This document shows, in pieces, positions 1 through 8,764 of a stretch of 64,000 nucleotides of DNA; positions within the stretch are counted from its first letter, which is position 1; the number at the start of each line of letters is the position of its first letter. Both the position numbers and the translations under genes were made by a program. The notes under the pieces were generated by a model that did no database searches, was not told the DNA's origin, and was given only the letters and a program-made list of their open reading frames with translations. Source of the DNA: a virus (lineage: Duplodnaviria > Caudoviricetes). The stretch is taken from the IMG/VR virus record IMGVR_UViG_3300047382_000771, positions 32,001-96,000 of that record; one strand, given 5' to 3'.

Positions 1-190
1 CTAATATTCGAACAGTTAGTTCGAGATTAGATAAAACTTGATTAGATAAAACCTCTAAAGCTTCTGACTCGCCCTTCTCTGAAGATAAGGCAGCGAACTG
101 CTTACGAGTCATCGCTTTAAAGGTGTTTAAAGATGCATCTTCTTCTTGAAGATGCTTTGAGACGCAGATTAATCCATATTTAGTATTCAT
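1..190 (-). CDS. uvsE: UV-damage endonuclease UvsE/UvdE, N-terminal part (runs off the window start)
   Basis: Not in the ORF track. Manual translation from ATG at 190: MNTKYGLICVSKHLQEEDASLNTFKAMTRKQFAALSSEKGESEALEVLSNQVLSNLELTVRIL. This fits the UvdE N-terminus (G..C....L...F..M....F ... L....L.NL....IL). Confidence 0.7.
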   Translation of the reverse strand, partial: MNTKYGLICVSKHLQEEDASLNTFKAMTRKQFAALSSEKGESEALEVLSNQVLSNLELTVRIL

Positions 191-199
191 AAGAATACT

Positions 200-204
200 T
201 ACAC
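200..204 (-). promoter_or_regulatory. GTGTA motif, 9 nt upstream of uvsE ATG
   Basis: aaGTGTAagtattcttATG. Confidence 0.7.
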
Positions 205-459
205 TTAAATTAAGTCTGGTTCTTCTACTACTTTAGGCTCAGGAGCTGCAGAGGAAGATTCTCCTTGAGGTTTCTGTTTATAGATCCTAAAATCAGGAGC
301 TTTTGCGTTCTCTTCTTTATATTTATTCTTGAAGACAATAACTTTCTCTCCATTCATGGTACCTGTTAAGTATTTGGTACCATCTTGCTTTTGATTTACC
401 CAAAGGGCGCCGACTTCACGATCATCCCATTCATTCTTTTCTTTATCTTTATCTGACAT
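205..459 (-). CDS. DUF736-like small protein (putative ssDNA-binding fold)
   Basis: GALW...G..YLTG...VIVFKN..K....PDFRI pattern and an acidic C-terminal tail. Confidence 0.55.
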   Translation of the reverse strand: MSDKDKEKNEWDDREVGALWVNQKQDGTKYLTGTMNGEKVIVFKNKYKEENAKAPDFRIYKQKPQGESSSAAPEPKVVEEPDLI

Positions 460-466
460 AGTAGTA

Positions 467-538
467 TTAGTATTTACGAATTAAAACAAAGGCCACAATT
501 AGACCTATTAAAAAATTAAACAAAATCATATCCGCCAT
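467..538 (-). CDS. 23-aa single-TM peptide MADMILFNFLIGLIVAFVLIRKY
   Basis: Fills the 80-nt gap. The ATG lies 1 nt after the upstream TAA. Hydrophobic core followed by RKY. Confidence 0.5.
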   Translation of the reverse strand: MADMILFNFLIGLIVAFVLIRKY

Positions 539-539
539 A

Positions 540-1076
540 TTATCTAAACTCTTTTCTCAAGAGTCTCCATCTATCTGAATCAATATTTTTTGTACCATTA
601 TCAATAGCATACAACATTTTTATGATTTCGTCAAGCGAATTATAAATATATTTATGAGGCAACATTCCTAACATCCATAAGGGAGCCTTTGATTTACCAC
701 CTTCCATGCTTACAAAAACTGGTTTTTTTTCTCTTACCGCTGTAACAATTTCTTCTGCGCTCCCCCAACTTGCAACATCTGGAACAAGATGAGCTATAAT
801 AAAATCACTTCTGTCTACAAGATTTAAATCATAAGCCCTGACTGTTTTCATTTTGTCAGCAACTAATTCATAATTTTCATCCTGCATCCATTTTTCCATA
901 AGCATACGAGAGCCTTCATCCTCTTCGACATCTTTCATGAAAGGTTTTTCGTAGGGATTGAAACAAGTGATAGAAAGCTTAGATAACTTTTTTGTTACTT
1001 CTTGCCTCCAGTCTCGCCCACTCAGATACTGCATGTGGCCAACCAAATAAGTTTTGGTTTTGTATAATAAATTCAT
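540..1076 (-). CDS. Nucleoside 2-deoxyribosyltransferase-like / dNMP N-glycosidase-fold protein
   Basis: TYLVGHM..WRQ..FNP, DLNLVDRSDFIIA and WGSAEEI..A...KPV motifs. Confidence 0.65.
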   Translation of the reverse strand: MNLLYKTKTYLVGHMQYLSGRDWRQEVTKKLSKLSITCFNPYEKPFMKDVEEDEGSRMLMEKWMQDENYELVADKMKTVRAYDLNLVDRSDFIIAHLVPDVASWGSAEEIVTAVREKKPVFVSMEGGKSKAPLWMLGMLPHKYIYNSLDEIIKMLYAIDNGTKNIDSDRWRLLRKEFR

Positions 1077-1083
1077 GCTACAT

Positions 1084-1112
1084 ATAGTAGCATCAATAAA
1101 CTAAAATGTCAA
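1084..1112 (-). promoter_or_regulatory. sigma70-type promoter, near-leaderless
   Basis: TTGACA (1112-1107), 17 nt, TACTAT (1089-1084), 7 nt, ATG (1076). Confidence 0.8.
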
Positions 1113-1129
1113 GTATTTTTTGTTTGCTG

Positions 1130-4100
1130 CTAAGCGGAAACTCGATAATGCTGGTAAATTGTCGTTTCGGGATTACCCGCAGCCATAGCTGAAAAAGGGT
1201 ATGGGTAGCAAGTTAAAATATTAGAGCCTACACCTCTTTGGTAGGTATTCCAATAACTGTCATTTGTCATATATAAAGCCATAGACTTACTTGGCCCTTC
1301 ACCTTCTCTTTTAAACCAAGCAGAGAAGCCCCAGCTACCTCCTACATGCAAGTCACTCATGTCACTAGGAAATGCTAATTGCGTTCTGAATTTAGTAGTG
1401 CTTGTGGTTGAACCATATAGCGGATCGGCACCTCTGCCATAATTAGTTAACCCATTTAATTCATCCCAAACTTGTGTTTTTGTATAATCATTAGGCCCAG
1501 GGTTATGAAGGTTCATATCGCTTTGAAATGGGTGGTAGCCAGAACTACTAACTTTACCTGTACCAACTTGAAAAACTTTTTGATTGTTATGACGCCCGCT
1601 ATTTGGACCAGAAACTCTTAATGTAAAACCACTAGGAGCTCCTACAATATTACCCGATGGGTTTAGTTCATTTTTGTAACCATAAGTTCCAACTGCAGCA
1701 CCACTTGGGATATTGAAACCTGAAAAAGCGCCAGTAAATTCAGCCTTATATTTTACTTTGTTTAATAAACCTGAACTCCAGCCAGTAGATATTAGACCGT
1801 TCGAGCCATTGTACATTTCGTCAACATCATTTTGGAAAATTGGCGAATCAAAGAAAACGGGTTGATCGATAACACCATTAAAGCAATTATCAATAGACCA
1901 AGAAGAATGTTGAGAGGCTCCTACTCCCCATCTCACGGCCCCAAAGCGAGAAGCATCGTAACTATACCTAGGCGAATAAGTATTGGTCTGTGAGCCCGAT
2001 CCTTTGTGCCAACTAGTATGAACAGCTACAGGGAGCCCGTTAACCCACATTACAACTCTTCTGTCATCTTGTGAGAATGCAATATGATACCATTCCCCAG
2101 TTATGAATTGCTCATAAGGACCTGTGCCAACTGATTTGACGGTACCTGGCCTATAACTATAAGCACTAGATGTAATTACACCGTCAGTATAAGTATCTTC
2201 ATCGGTATCACCTGTATTGGTTGTGACAGCCTGTAACGAGGTACTGTTTGAAACACTAGAAGTGGGAGGCTCCGTTAACCCAGTCTCTTCCCAAGTTGTA
2301 GTTGCTCCTGCAGGTATGCCTGAAACTCCACATCCATCAGCGGTAAATGCAAATACTTCACCATAACCAATACTTACTCCAGCTGAATGGCTGGTTATGG
2401 TAGCATTGCCACTAGCATCAGCGGTATGGTTAGAAGTTGTTGACAATATTGGGTAATTAGTTGTATCTTGACCAGTATTGTACTCTATGATAGCTTCTGA
2501 AGTTCCAGCAAGTATAGAGCTATTTACATCAAGTCCAGAAAATAATGGATGCCAACCTTGGGGAATGTATGTTTGATCAGCTAGCATACTGCTTATTTTA
2601 TAAGCAGGATCAGAACCAGTTCTAGTAAAGTTTCCTGTCGCAAATATTCCATAGTAAGATAAAATTTGGTTGATAGCTACAGGAAAAACAGGAGCATGGT
2701 CGGTAGTCATATATGACCCACCTCCACCATCTATGAAGTTTAAGAATCCATCAATAAATGCTTGTGGTAGATATGCTATAGAGGAACTATGTCCATTAGT
2801 CTCACCATTAACACCTACATAAATAATTAAATCATAATTGTTGAAATAATCTGTCCACTGTTGAGTGGTGCTGTGTAAATTCTCAATAGCATCGTGATGC
2901 AGCCATGTATTTCCTGCGCCTGTATTAACGGGGAGTTGCTCAAAAGTATAGCCAGCATGTTCAGATATATACTTAAATCCATGATAAAATTTATGAGCAC
3001 CATAATATGGAAAAGGTGAAGACCCTGATATACCATTTTTATAGTCGTTGATATATAAAATTTTATTGGTTTTATTTGTGCTTCTTGATAAAAAATTTAT
3101 ATTATTATATAAAAAAGACCATTGAGCTGGTATGTTTGAGGAATCATAAATACTGCCACCTCCTGCTAGAAATGATTCTTCTGTGGTGGTCCATTGGGGA
3201 TCGCCACCTATATTAATTCCTGCAGAATGTGATGACCAACTAGTGCCATCACCATAAGTTGGAACAATAGCTGGAGGAAGGTAACCTACATATTTTAACA
3301 TGCCACCATCAACTGTAATTTTTCCCCCATTTGGTGCGGCAGATCTAATTATGCCTAAGAAGGGATCCCCCTGTTCGTCGTCAGCTAAAGTAGAAAAAGA
3401 TCCTCTGATTCCACTAGAAGTAGCATATTCAGAAATAGTTATTAAAGAATTTGGCCTTGCACCAGTTACTGTAACTGTTTGAGTTGAGTCTCCGTCGTCT
3501 GCTATAGAAATAGATGCCGAAGAACAAGGGTCCGTAATAATAGCCCCCGAACTACCAGCTGAACCTACCGATGTATCAAGCAAGCCTGTAATTCTTAACC
3601 TAGCATAATATGTAGTATCTGGACTAAGGTCGGAAAATGCTACAGAAGCTAGAAGTGTTGGGGATGAAATTGTTTTAGCTATACTTGAAAAGTTTGAATC
3701 TGTCGCCAGCTCATAGTGAAAAGTCGAAAATCCTGCAGCAGGCATGGTTTGCCCAGTAGTTTCAGCAAAATCAAAACCCAAATCATTTTGACCAACAAAA
3801 TTAGATGTAGCTGTAGTGGTTGCTGCAAGCGGATTAAATGCAACAGCAGTTACATTAGAATATGGACTGTCTCCGTACTGAGAGCTGTCAGCTTTTACTC
3901 TATAATAATAAGTGGTTCCCGCAGTTAAATTTGCGGCTGCAGTGTTATAATTATTAGTATAAGATGTACTGTTTGCTGCAAGATGAGCTATATTGGAAAA
4001 CCCTGCGGTACTAGAGGTAGAACTTCTTTCAACCGTAAAACTATCTTCAATAAGAGTATTATCTTGGAATGAAATTTGTATCGATGTGTTTACTTGGCTT

Positions 4101-6166
4101 GCAGAGATAACTTGAGGAGCATTCATGCCAGCTTGAGTAGTAGCAGAAACAGCGGTAGACCAACTACTTACACCGCTGGTATTTTTAGCTCTTATTCTCC
4201 ATTGGTATGTGGTTGCTTGAGTTAAACCGATGTGTGAATATGTAGCAGAAGTTTGAGGCGAAGTAAGTGAGTTTGTAGCTGATGCGTAAGTATTACCTCC
4301 GTCAGAGCTAAATTCTAATTCAAAACTATCTTCATTTGTATTAGTGTCTGTAAAACTAATATCTACCTGTTCATGAGAAACTACGGTCGCCGATGTTATC
4401 GTAGGAGCGGTAAGATCGTCTAGAGTCGTAACAGTTACAGTGGTAAAACTAGATGTTGCGTCCGAATTATAGCCTCTAATCTGATAATGATAGGTATAAT
4501 TAGCAGTTAAATTGGTATCTGAGAAACTAGTTGTATTCGCAGCAAGATCAGCAAGAGGTCCATATGCCCCATTACCTGTTGCTCTTTGTAGGGTGAATCC
4601 ATCTTCATTGTTCGATGTATCAGTCCAAGAGAGTGAAATTGTTGTGTTTGATGTTGGCACTGCAGTTAAATTACTGGGTGCAGAAAGTGAGTTTGTTGTT
4701 GTGGCGCTATCCGTAGCTGTATTTGAGTCACCAGAAGTGTTGAAGCTACGAACTTGGTAGTGGTAGGTTGTATTAAATGTTAACCCAGTGTCAGTATAAG
4801 TTGTGGCACCTGAATTTAAGGTGTCTATGTCAGTATAATTTATTCCGTCCGTACTTCTCGCAATTTTAAAACCGTCTTCATTGTCCGATGTATCAGTCCA
4901 AGACAGTGAAATTGTTGAGTTTGATGCCGCAGTAGCACTGAAACCAGTAATGTCTGACAAAGTGTCCGTGGTAGTAAAGGAGCCACTGAGAGCTGAAGAA
5001 CTGCCTGATGAATTTGTAGCTATAACCTGAAAAGAATAACTATTATCTGTCACTAAGGATCCCCAGGTATAACTAGTCGTTCCTGCTGGCAGATTTACGG
5101 ACCCAATAGACTGCATACTGTTATCTGCATCAAAGCCGTTGATAGTAAACCCATCTTCATTGATAGAGTTATCAGTCCACTGCAACCCTATACTAGTATT
5201 TGTAATGCTTGTAGTAACCAAGTTTGTTGGTGCAGAGAGTGAGTTTGTTGTTGTGGCGCTACCATCGACTGTATTTGAGTCGCCAGAAGTGTTGTAGCCA
5301 CGAACTTGATAATGATAAGTAGTATTGAATGTTAAACCAGTGTCAGTATAAGTTACAACATCTGGACCTACAGTATCTATGTCGGTATAATTTATCCCAT
5401 CTGTGCTTCTTGCAATTTTAAAACCATCTTCGTTAACGGTATTATCTTGCCAATTTAACTCAATAACAGAGTTGCTAATAGGTGTAACAGTTAAACCGCT
5501 TGGACTAAGTAAATCATTAGTTGTAGTAGCACCAAGTACAGCTGGAGCACTTGTGTCATCAGTATTATATCCAATGATTCTATAATGATATGTCGTATCA
5601 TATGTTAACCCTACATCATTGTAGCTAGTAGCATCACTAGGTAGATCAGCTATTTCAGTAAAAGGTCCTGTAGCAGAAGTTGATCGTTCAATTTTGAATC
5701 CATCTTCGTTGTTAGAATTGTCTATCCATGCAAGAGATATACTGCTATTGGATGTACCTGTTGCTGACACTGGGGTTGGAGGCGCAACTAAATTAAGGGT
5801 TGTAATTGTAATTACATCAGAAAAATCACTAACTTGCCCAGCAGGATAATCACCTTTAATTCTATAATAATAGGTAGTGTTATGTGATAAAGCATTATCT
5901 ATAAGACTCTGTTGATTTGGTCCGACAGTTAATGTAGTAAGGTCAACGGTAAAAGCTGCATCTAAGGCTCTTTCAATAACAAATTGAAGCTCGATACCAG
6001 AGTCATCGGTCCAAGATAACTGAGTTTCAGTGTTGCTATTAGCTACTCCTGAAGGATTTTTCGCTGCAACACGAGTCCAAATAACTTGGGCTCCTTGAGC
6101 AATTTTTTCAGCTTTAATATTGCCAACAAAAGCTCGTGCTTGATTGTCTCCTAGTGCCCAGGTCAT
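1130..6166 (-). CDS. Large putative virion adhesin: about 9 fibronectin type III domains, a central alpha/beta domain and C-terminal LamG/ConA-like domain(s)
   Basis: Repeats of about 90 aa with W.D.S.NEDGF.I.RS..G / L...TTY.Y..R motifs. LamG-like GEWYHIAFS..VMWVNG..FNGVID. Ser/Thr-rich. Confidence 0.8.
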   Translation of the reverse strand: MTWALGDNQARAFVGNIKAEKIAQGAQVIWTRVAAKNPSGVANSNTETQLSWTDDSGIELQFVIERALDAAFTVDLTTLTVGPNQQSLIDNALSHNTTYYYRIKGDYPAGQVSDFSDVITITTLNLVAPPTPVSATGTSNSSISLAWIDNSNNEDGFKIERSTSATGPFTEIADLPSDATSYNDVGLTYDTTYHYRIIGYNTDDTSAPAVLGATTTNDLLSPSGLTVTPISNSVIELNWQDNTVNEDGFKIARSTDGINYTDIDTVGPDVVTYTDTGLTFNTTYHYQVRGYNTSGDSNTVDGSATTTNSLSAPTNLVTTSITNTSIGLQWTDNSINEDGFTINGFDADNSMQSIGSVNLPAGTTSYTWGSLVTDNSYSFQVIATNSSGSSSALSGSFTTTDTLSDITGFSATAASNSTISLSWTDTSDNEDGFKIARSTDGINYTDIDTLNSGATTYTDTGLTFNTTYHYQVRSFNTSGDSNTATDSATTTNSLSAPSNLTAVPTSNTTISLSWTDTSNNEDGFTLQRATGNGAYGPLADLAANTTSFSDTNLTANYTYHYQIRGYNSDATSSFTTVTVTTLDDLTAPTITSATVVSHEQVDISFTDTNTNEDSFELEFSSDGGNTYASATNSLTSPQTSATYSHIGLTQATTYQWRIRAKNTSGVSSWSTAVSATTQAGMNAPQVISASQVNTSIQISFQDNTLIEDSFTVERSSTSSTAGFSNIAHLAANSTSYTNNYNTAAANLTAGTTYYYRVKADSSQYGDSPYSNVTAVAFNPLAATTTATSNFVGQNDLGFDFAETTGQTMPAAGFSTFHYELATDSNFSSIAKTISSPTLLASVAFSDLSPDTTYYARLRITGLLDTSVGSAGSSGAIITDPCSSASISIADDGDSTQTVTVTGARPNSLITISEYATSSGIRGSFSTLADDEQGDPFLGIIRSAAPNGGKITVDGGMLKYVGYLPPAIVPTYGDGTSWSSHSAGINIGGDPQWTTTEESFLAGGGSIYDSSNIPAQWSFLYNNINFLSRSTNKTNKILYINDYKNGISGSSPFPYYGAHKFYHGFKYISEHAGYTFEQLPVNTGAGNTWLHHDAIENLHSTTQQWTDYFNNYDLIIYVGVNGETNGHSSSIAYLPQAFIDGFLNFIDGGGGSYMTTDHAPVFPVAINQILSYYGIFATGNFTRTGSDPAYKISSMLADQTYIPQGWHPLFSGLDVNSSILAGTSEAIIEYNTGQDTTNYPILSTTSNHTADASGNATITSHSAGVSIGYGEVFAFTADGCGVSGIPAGATTTWEETGLTEPPTSSVSNSTSLQAVTTNTGDTDEDTYTDGVITSSAYSYRPGTVKSVGTGPYEQFITGEWYHIAFSQDDRRVVMWVNGLPVAVHTSWHKGSGSQTNTYSPRYSYDASRFGAVRWGVGASQHSSWSIDNCFNGVIDQPVFFDSPIFQNDVDEMYNGSNGLISTGWSSGLLNKVKYKAEFTGAFSGFNIPSGAAVGTYGYKNELNPSGNIVGAPSGFTLRVSGPNSGRHNNQKVFQVGTGKVSSSGYHPFQSDMNLHNPGPNDYTKTQVWDELNGLTNYGRGADPLYGSTTSTTKFRTQLAFPSDMSDLHVGGSWGFSAWFKREGEGPSKSMALYMTNDSYWNTYQRGVGSNILTCYPYPFSAMAAGNPETTIYQHYRVSA
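4679..5434. repeat. Imperfect direct repeat of about 204 nt (4679-4882 and 5231-5434), period 552 nt (two FN3 units)
   Basis: For example tgcaga(a/g)agtgagtttgttgttgtggcgcta and gcaattttaaaacc(g/a)tctt occur at both copies. Confidence 0.8.
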
Positions 6167-6167
6167 T

Positions 6168-6506
6168 TTAAATAATAATATAAAGTGTTAACGGATCTTT
6201 ATTCACAAGGTTATCGTAATCAGTTTGGCTAATCCTATACATACCAGTAACTTGACTACCAGCAGATGCAACATAATTCGAACTATTTAATAATTGATCA
6301 TTGGAAGTAGGTACTTGACTTACGAAAGCTAAGTCTTGACCTGCAAATTGCGGGTTAGAGCCTCCTCCAACTGTTATATCTTGATTAGATATTGTTATTT
6401 TATTATTAAAGACGGCATCTTTAAAAAATCCAGACCCCCAATTATTACCTGGGAGACCTAAAGATCCTTCACCGTCAGCGACTGGAATTATATTTTTAAT
6501 TGGCAT
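6168..6506 (-). CDS. Small virion/tail-fibre adaptor-like protein
   Basis: N-terminal MPIKNIIPVADGEGSLG..W and C-terminal SQTDYDNL..KDPLTLYII, a common phage structural motif; paralog of 6520-6900. Confidence 0.6.
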   Translation of the reverse strand: MPIKNIIPVADGEGSLGLPGNNWGSGFFKDAVFNNKITISNQDITVGGGSNPQFAGQDLAFVSQVPTSNDQLLNSSNYVASAGSQVTGMYRISQTDYDNLVNKDPLTLYIII

Positions 6507-6519
6507 GACAAATTTTTAT

Positions 6520-6900
6520 TTAATTAACTACTATGTAAAGTGTATTTGAATCCTTAGTTGGAAGAGCATCATAGTCTGTTTGTGTGATCTTTAAAACGTT
6601 TGTGATATTATCAGAAGCTACATACTCAGCGTGATTTTGGAGTTGGCTTATGTCCGTAGGAATGATTGATGCAAAAGCAATGTCGTCTTGTATAATGGGG
6701 GTAACTGGATCAGCCTCCAGAGAATAACTTAAGGTAGAGGCGGATGTAGAATAAAATTTACCATAGTTAGTGTCAAATGAATCCATAATTCTGAAAGAAT
6801 TTTCGAAATCACCATGGTTAAACATTCCAGAAGCCCATGCCCGATCTGGTAAACCTAAACTACTATCGCTACCATTGGGGGTTATGTTTTGAATACTCAT
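6520..6900 (-). CDS. Small virion/tail-fibre adaptor-like protein
   Basis: MSIQNITPNGSDSSLGLP..W N-terminus and TQTDYDALPTKDSNTLYIV C-terminus. Confidence 0.6.
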   Translation of the reverse strand: MSIQNITPNGSDSSLGLPDRAWASGMFNHGDFENSFRIMDSFDTNYGKFYSTSASTLSYSLEADPVTPIIQDDIAFASIIPTDISQLQNHAEYVASDNITNVLKITQTDYDALPTKDSNTLYIVVN

Positions 6901-6919
6901 AATTTATTACATTATATAA

Positions 6920-6924
6920 TACAC
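6920..6924 (-). promoter_or_regulatory. GTGTA motif, 19 nt upstream of ATG 6900
   Basis: aaGTGTAttatataatgtaataaattATG. Confidence 0.6.
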
Positions 6925-6934
6925 TTAAAAACTC

Positions 6935-8701
6935 TTAGGGATTCTTAAAAGTAATATTTTCTAAGTCTTCTATCTCGAACGCATCATCAAAGTTGACTGT
7001 ATCTGTAAAGGTATTAGCATTTAATTGTAATGTTTCTGGGTCATATTGTGAAAAATATTTTGACTTGAAACCATTGGTTGAACCAACGAAAGATTGTAGA
7101 GAAGCTGAATCACTATTTGTTGTAAAAAATGAATTACCACTCTCGGTTGAAGTTATTTCAGGCTTACAAAGTATCCAGCCAGGAGGTAATGTAAAGACAG
7201 TATCGAATGGTATAGTTGTGGTCTCTCCATTTGGACCTATAAGCACAACAGGGAACGGAAATGGTCCCATTGTAAGTGGTGTTGGGGGATTACTTGTATT
7301 TTTAACCAAAATGTATGGAGGTGTCATAAGCCCACCTATAGTAACCGAAGTTCCACTGTCAGTAACCAAGGGGTCTTGAGTAAATGGAACTGTGGTTCCT
7401 AGTGCATCAGGTATGCCATCCCCATCTGCGTCTAGAATTTCTCCAAAGAAAACAGTGTCAGTCGGCTCAACTGAAATCATTTTATCTTTTTGAAAAACTG
7501 TTAATCCTCCTGAAGTTGAAATAATAACACCAGAATTTTTTGAAAGTATACTGTATTTTCTTCCTAGCCCGTTGTATGAACCATTATCATGTGTGACAAA
7601 TAAACTTTTCACATTAATAGCAGTAACAATGTCATCCGTGCCGTCACCGTCAACATCAAAGGTGAAGTCGCCTACCGTGTATCCAGCTGGAATATCAACA
7701 GGATTAGGTAGTGAATCCGCATCACTATCAATTAAACTATCTCCAAAAAATACTGTGTCATTTGGTGCAAGTTCAATAGATTCACCCGCACTAAATATAA
7801 CCACTTCACAATTAGTAGTAATAATGATTCCATGTTTCTTAGCTGACAACGAGAATGTTGTTAAGCTAGAATTTGTAGATCCGCTGTCTACATTAGTTAA
7901 AAACAAAGATGGATTGACTCCAGTACATGTTGAAAAATCTCCAGCCCCAGGATAACCTGCATCTAAATCTACTCCGTCAGGTATACCATCTCCGTCAGCA
8001 TCGCTGAATGTACCAAAGAATACAACTGTAGATGGAGTGTAATCTATAATATCTCCTGCCGCAAAATAACCGATAGAGCCGTCTGGATTGATTGAAAAAC
8101 CTCCGTCCTTAGCTGTAATTTTTACAGAGGTAGTTGTGTCGTTTCTAGAGCCATCCCCATTTAGAGGAGAAAGCAATAAAGAGGGATCTATATTTCCCCC
8201 ATCAAAAGGACCTGAACCTGCATAGTTTACATTAGTATCAAAAGGATCTACTATGCCGTCGCCATCAGAATCAACATAGGTTCCGCAAAACATTGTAGCT
8301 TTGGGTGGGAAATCAAAAACATCTCCTGGTTGAAAGAAGTGTAAGCTGCCATCAGCCAAAATTAAAAGCCCTTCGCAATCTGAGGTTTTTATAGATGTGA
8401 CTGTACTATTGTTAACGAGACTTTTTCCAACTGGATTTAAATAATCATTCATTGGAATGATATATCCATCTGGGTTTGTGTAAGGCCCGCTGCCAGGATA
8501 GTCAGCTACAGTTTCAGGGTCAAATTCGTCAGGTATGCCATCAAAGTCAAGATCGTAACTGTCGATGGGTAGTTTTGCCATGAAGGGGTCGTAATAAACC
8601 CATCGCCCACCACGATAAACTCCTAATTTATTCTTGGGAACATTAAAATAATTACCTCCTTCATAAGGAACGCTGGGCCAGTCACTAACAATATAAATCA
8701 T
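6935..8701 (-). CDS. Repeat protein with DxDGDGIxD (thrombospondin type 3-like, Ca-binding) motifs, putative virion-associated
   Basis: DLDFDGIPD, DSDGDGIVD, DADGDGIPD (twice) and DSDADSLPN punctuate repeats of about 85-95 aa. Confidence 0.6.
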   Translation of the reverse strand: MIYIVSDWPSVPYEGGNYFNVPKNKLGVYRGGRWVYYDPFMAKLPIDSYDLDFDGIPDEFDPETVADYPGSGPYTNPDGYIIPMNDYLNPVGKSLVNNSTVTSIKTSDCEGLLILADGSLHFFQPGDVFDFPPKATMFCGTYVDSDGDGIVDPFDTNVNYAGSGPFDGGNIDPSLLLSPLNGDGSRNDTTTSVKITAKDGGFSINPDGSIGYFAAGDIIDYTPSTVVFFGTFSDADGDGIPDGVDLDAGYPGAGDFSTCTGVNPSLFLTNVDSGSTNSSLTTFSLSAKKHGIIITTNCEVVIFSAGESIELAPNDTVFFGDSLIDSDADSLPNPVDIPAGYTVGDFTFDVDGDGTDDIVTAINVKSLFVTHDNGSYNGLGRKYSILSKNSGVIISTSGGLTVFQKDKMISVEPTDTVFFGEILDADGDGIPDALGTTVPFTQDPLVTDSGTSVTIGGLMTPPYILVKNTSNPPTPLTMGPFPFPVVLIGPNGETTTIPFDTVFTLPPGWILCKPEITSTESGNSFFTTNSDSASLQSFVGSTNGFKSKYFSQYDPETLQLNANTFTDTVNFDDAFEIEDLENITFKNP

Positions 8702-8726
8702 TTTTTCTTATTTCTATAGGATTATT

Positions 8727-8731
8727 TACAC
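8727..8731 (-). promoter_or_regulatory. GTGTA motif, 25 nt upstream of ATG 8701
   Basis: aaGTGTAaataatcc in the intergenic region. Confidence 0.6.
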
Positions 8732-8764
8732 TTTAAAAATTAACATCGGGAAACTAATGCTTCA

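Noticed and set aside
1113-1132. Stop-codon readthrough or recoding to complete the apparently truncated second LamG domain
   Set aside because: Reading through the TAG meets TGA after six codons. TAA, TAG and TGA all terminate genes normally elsewhere in the window.
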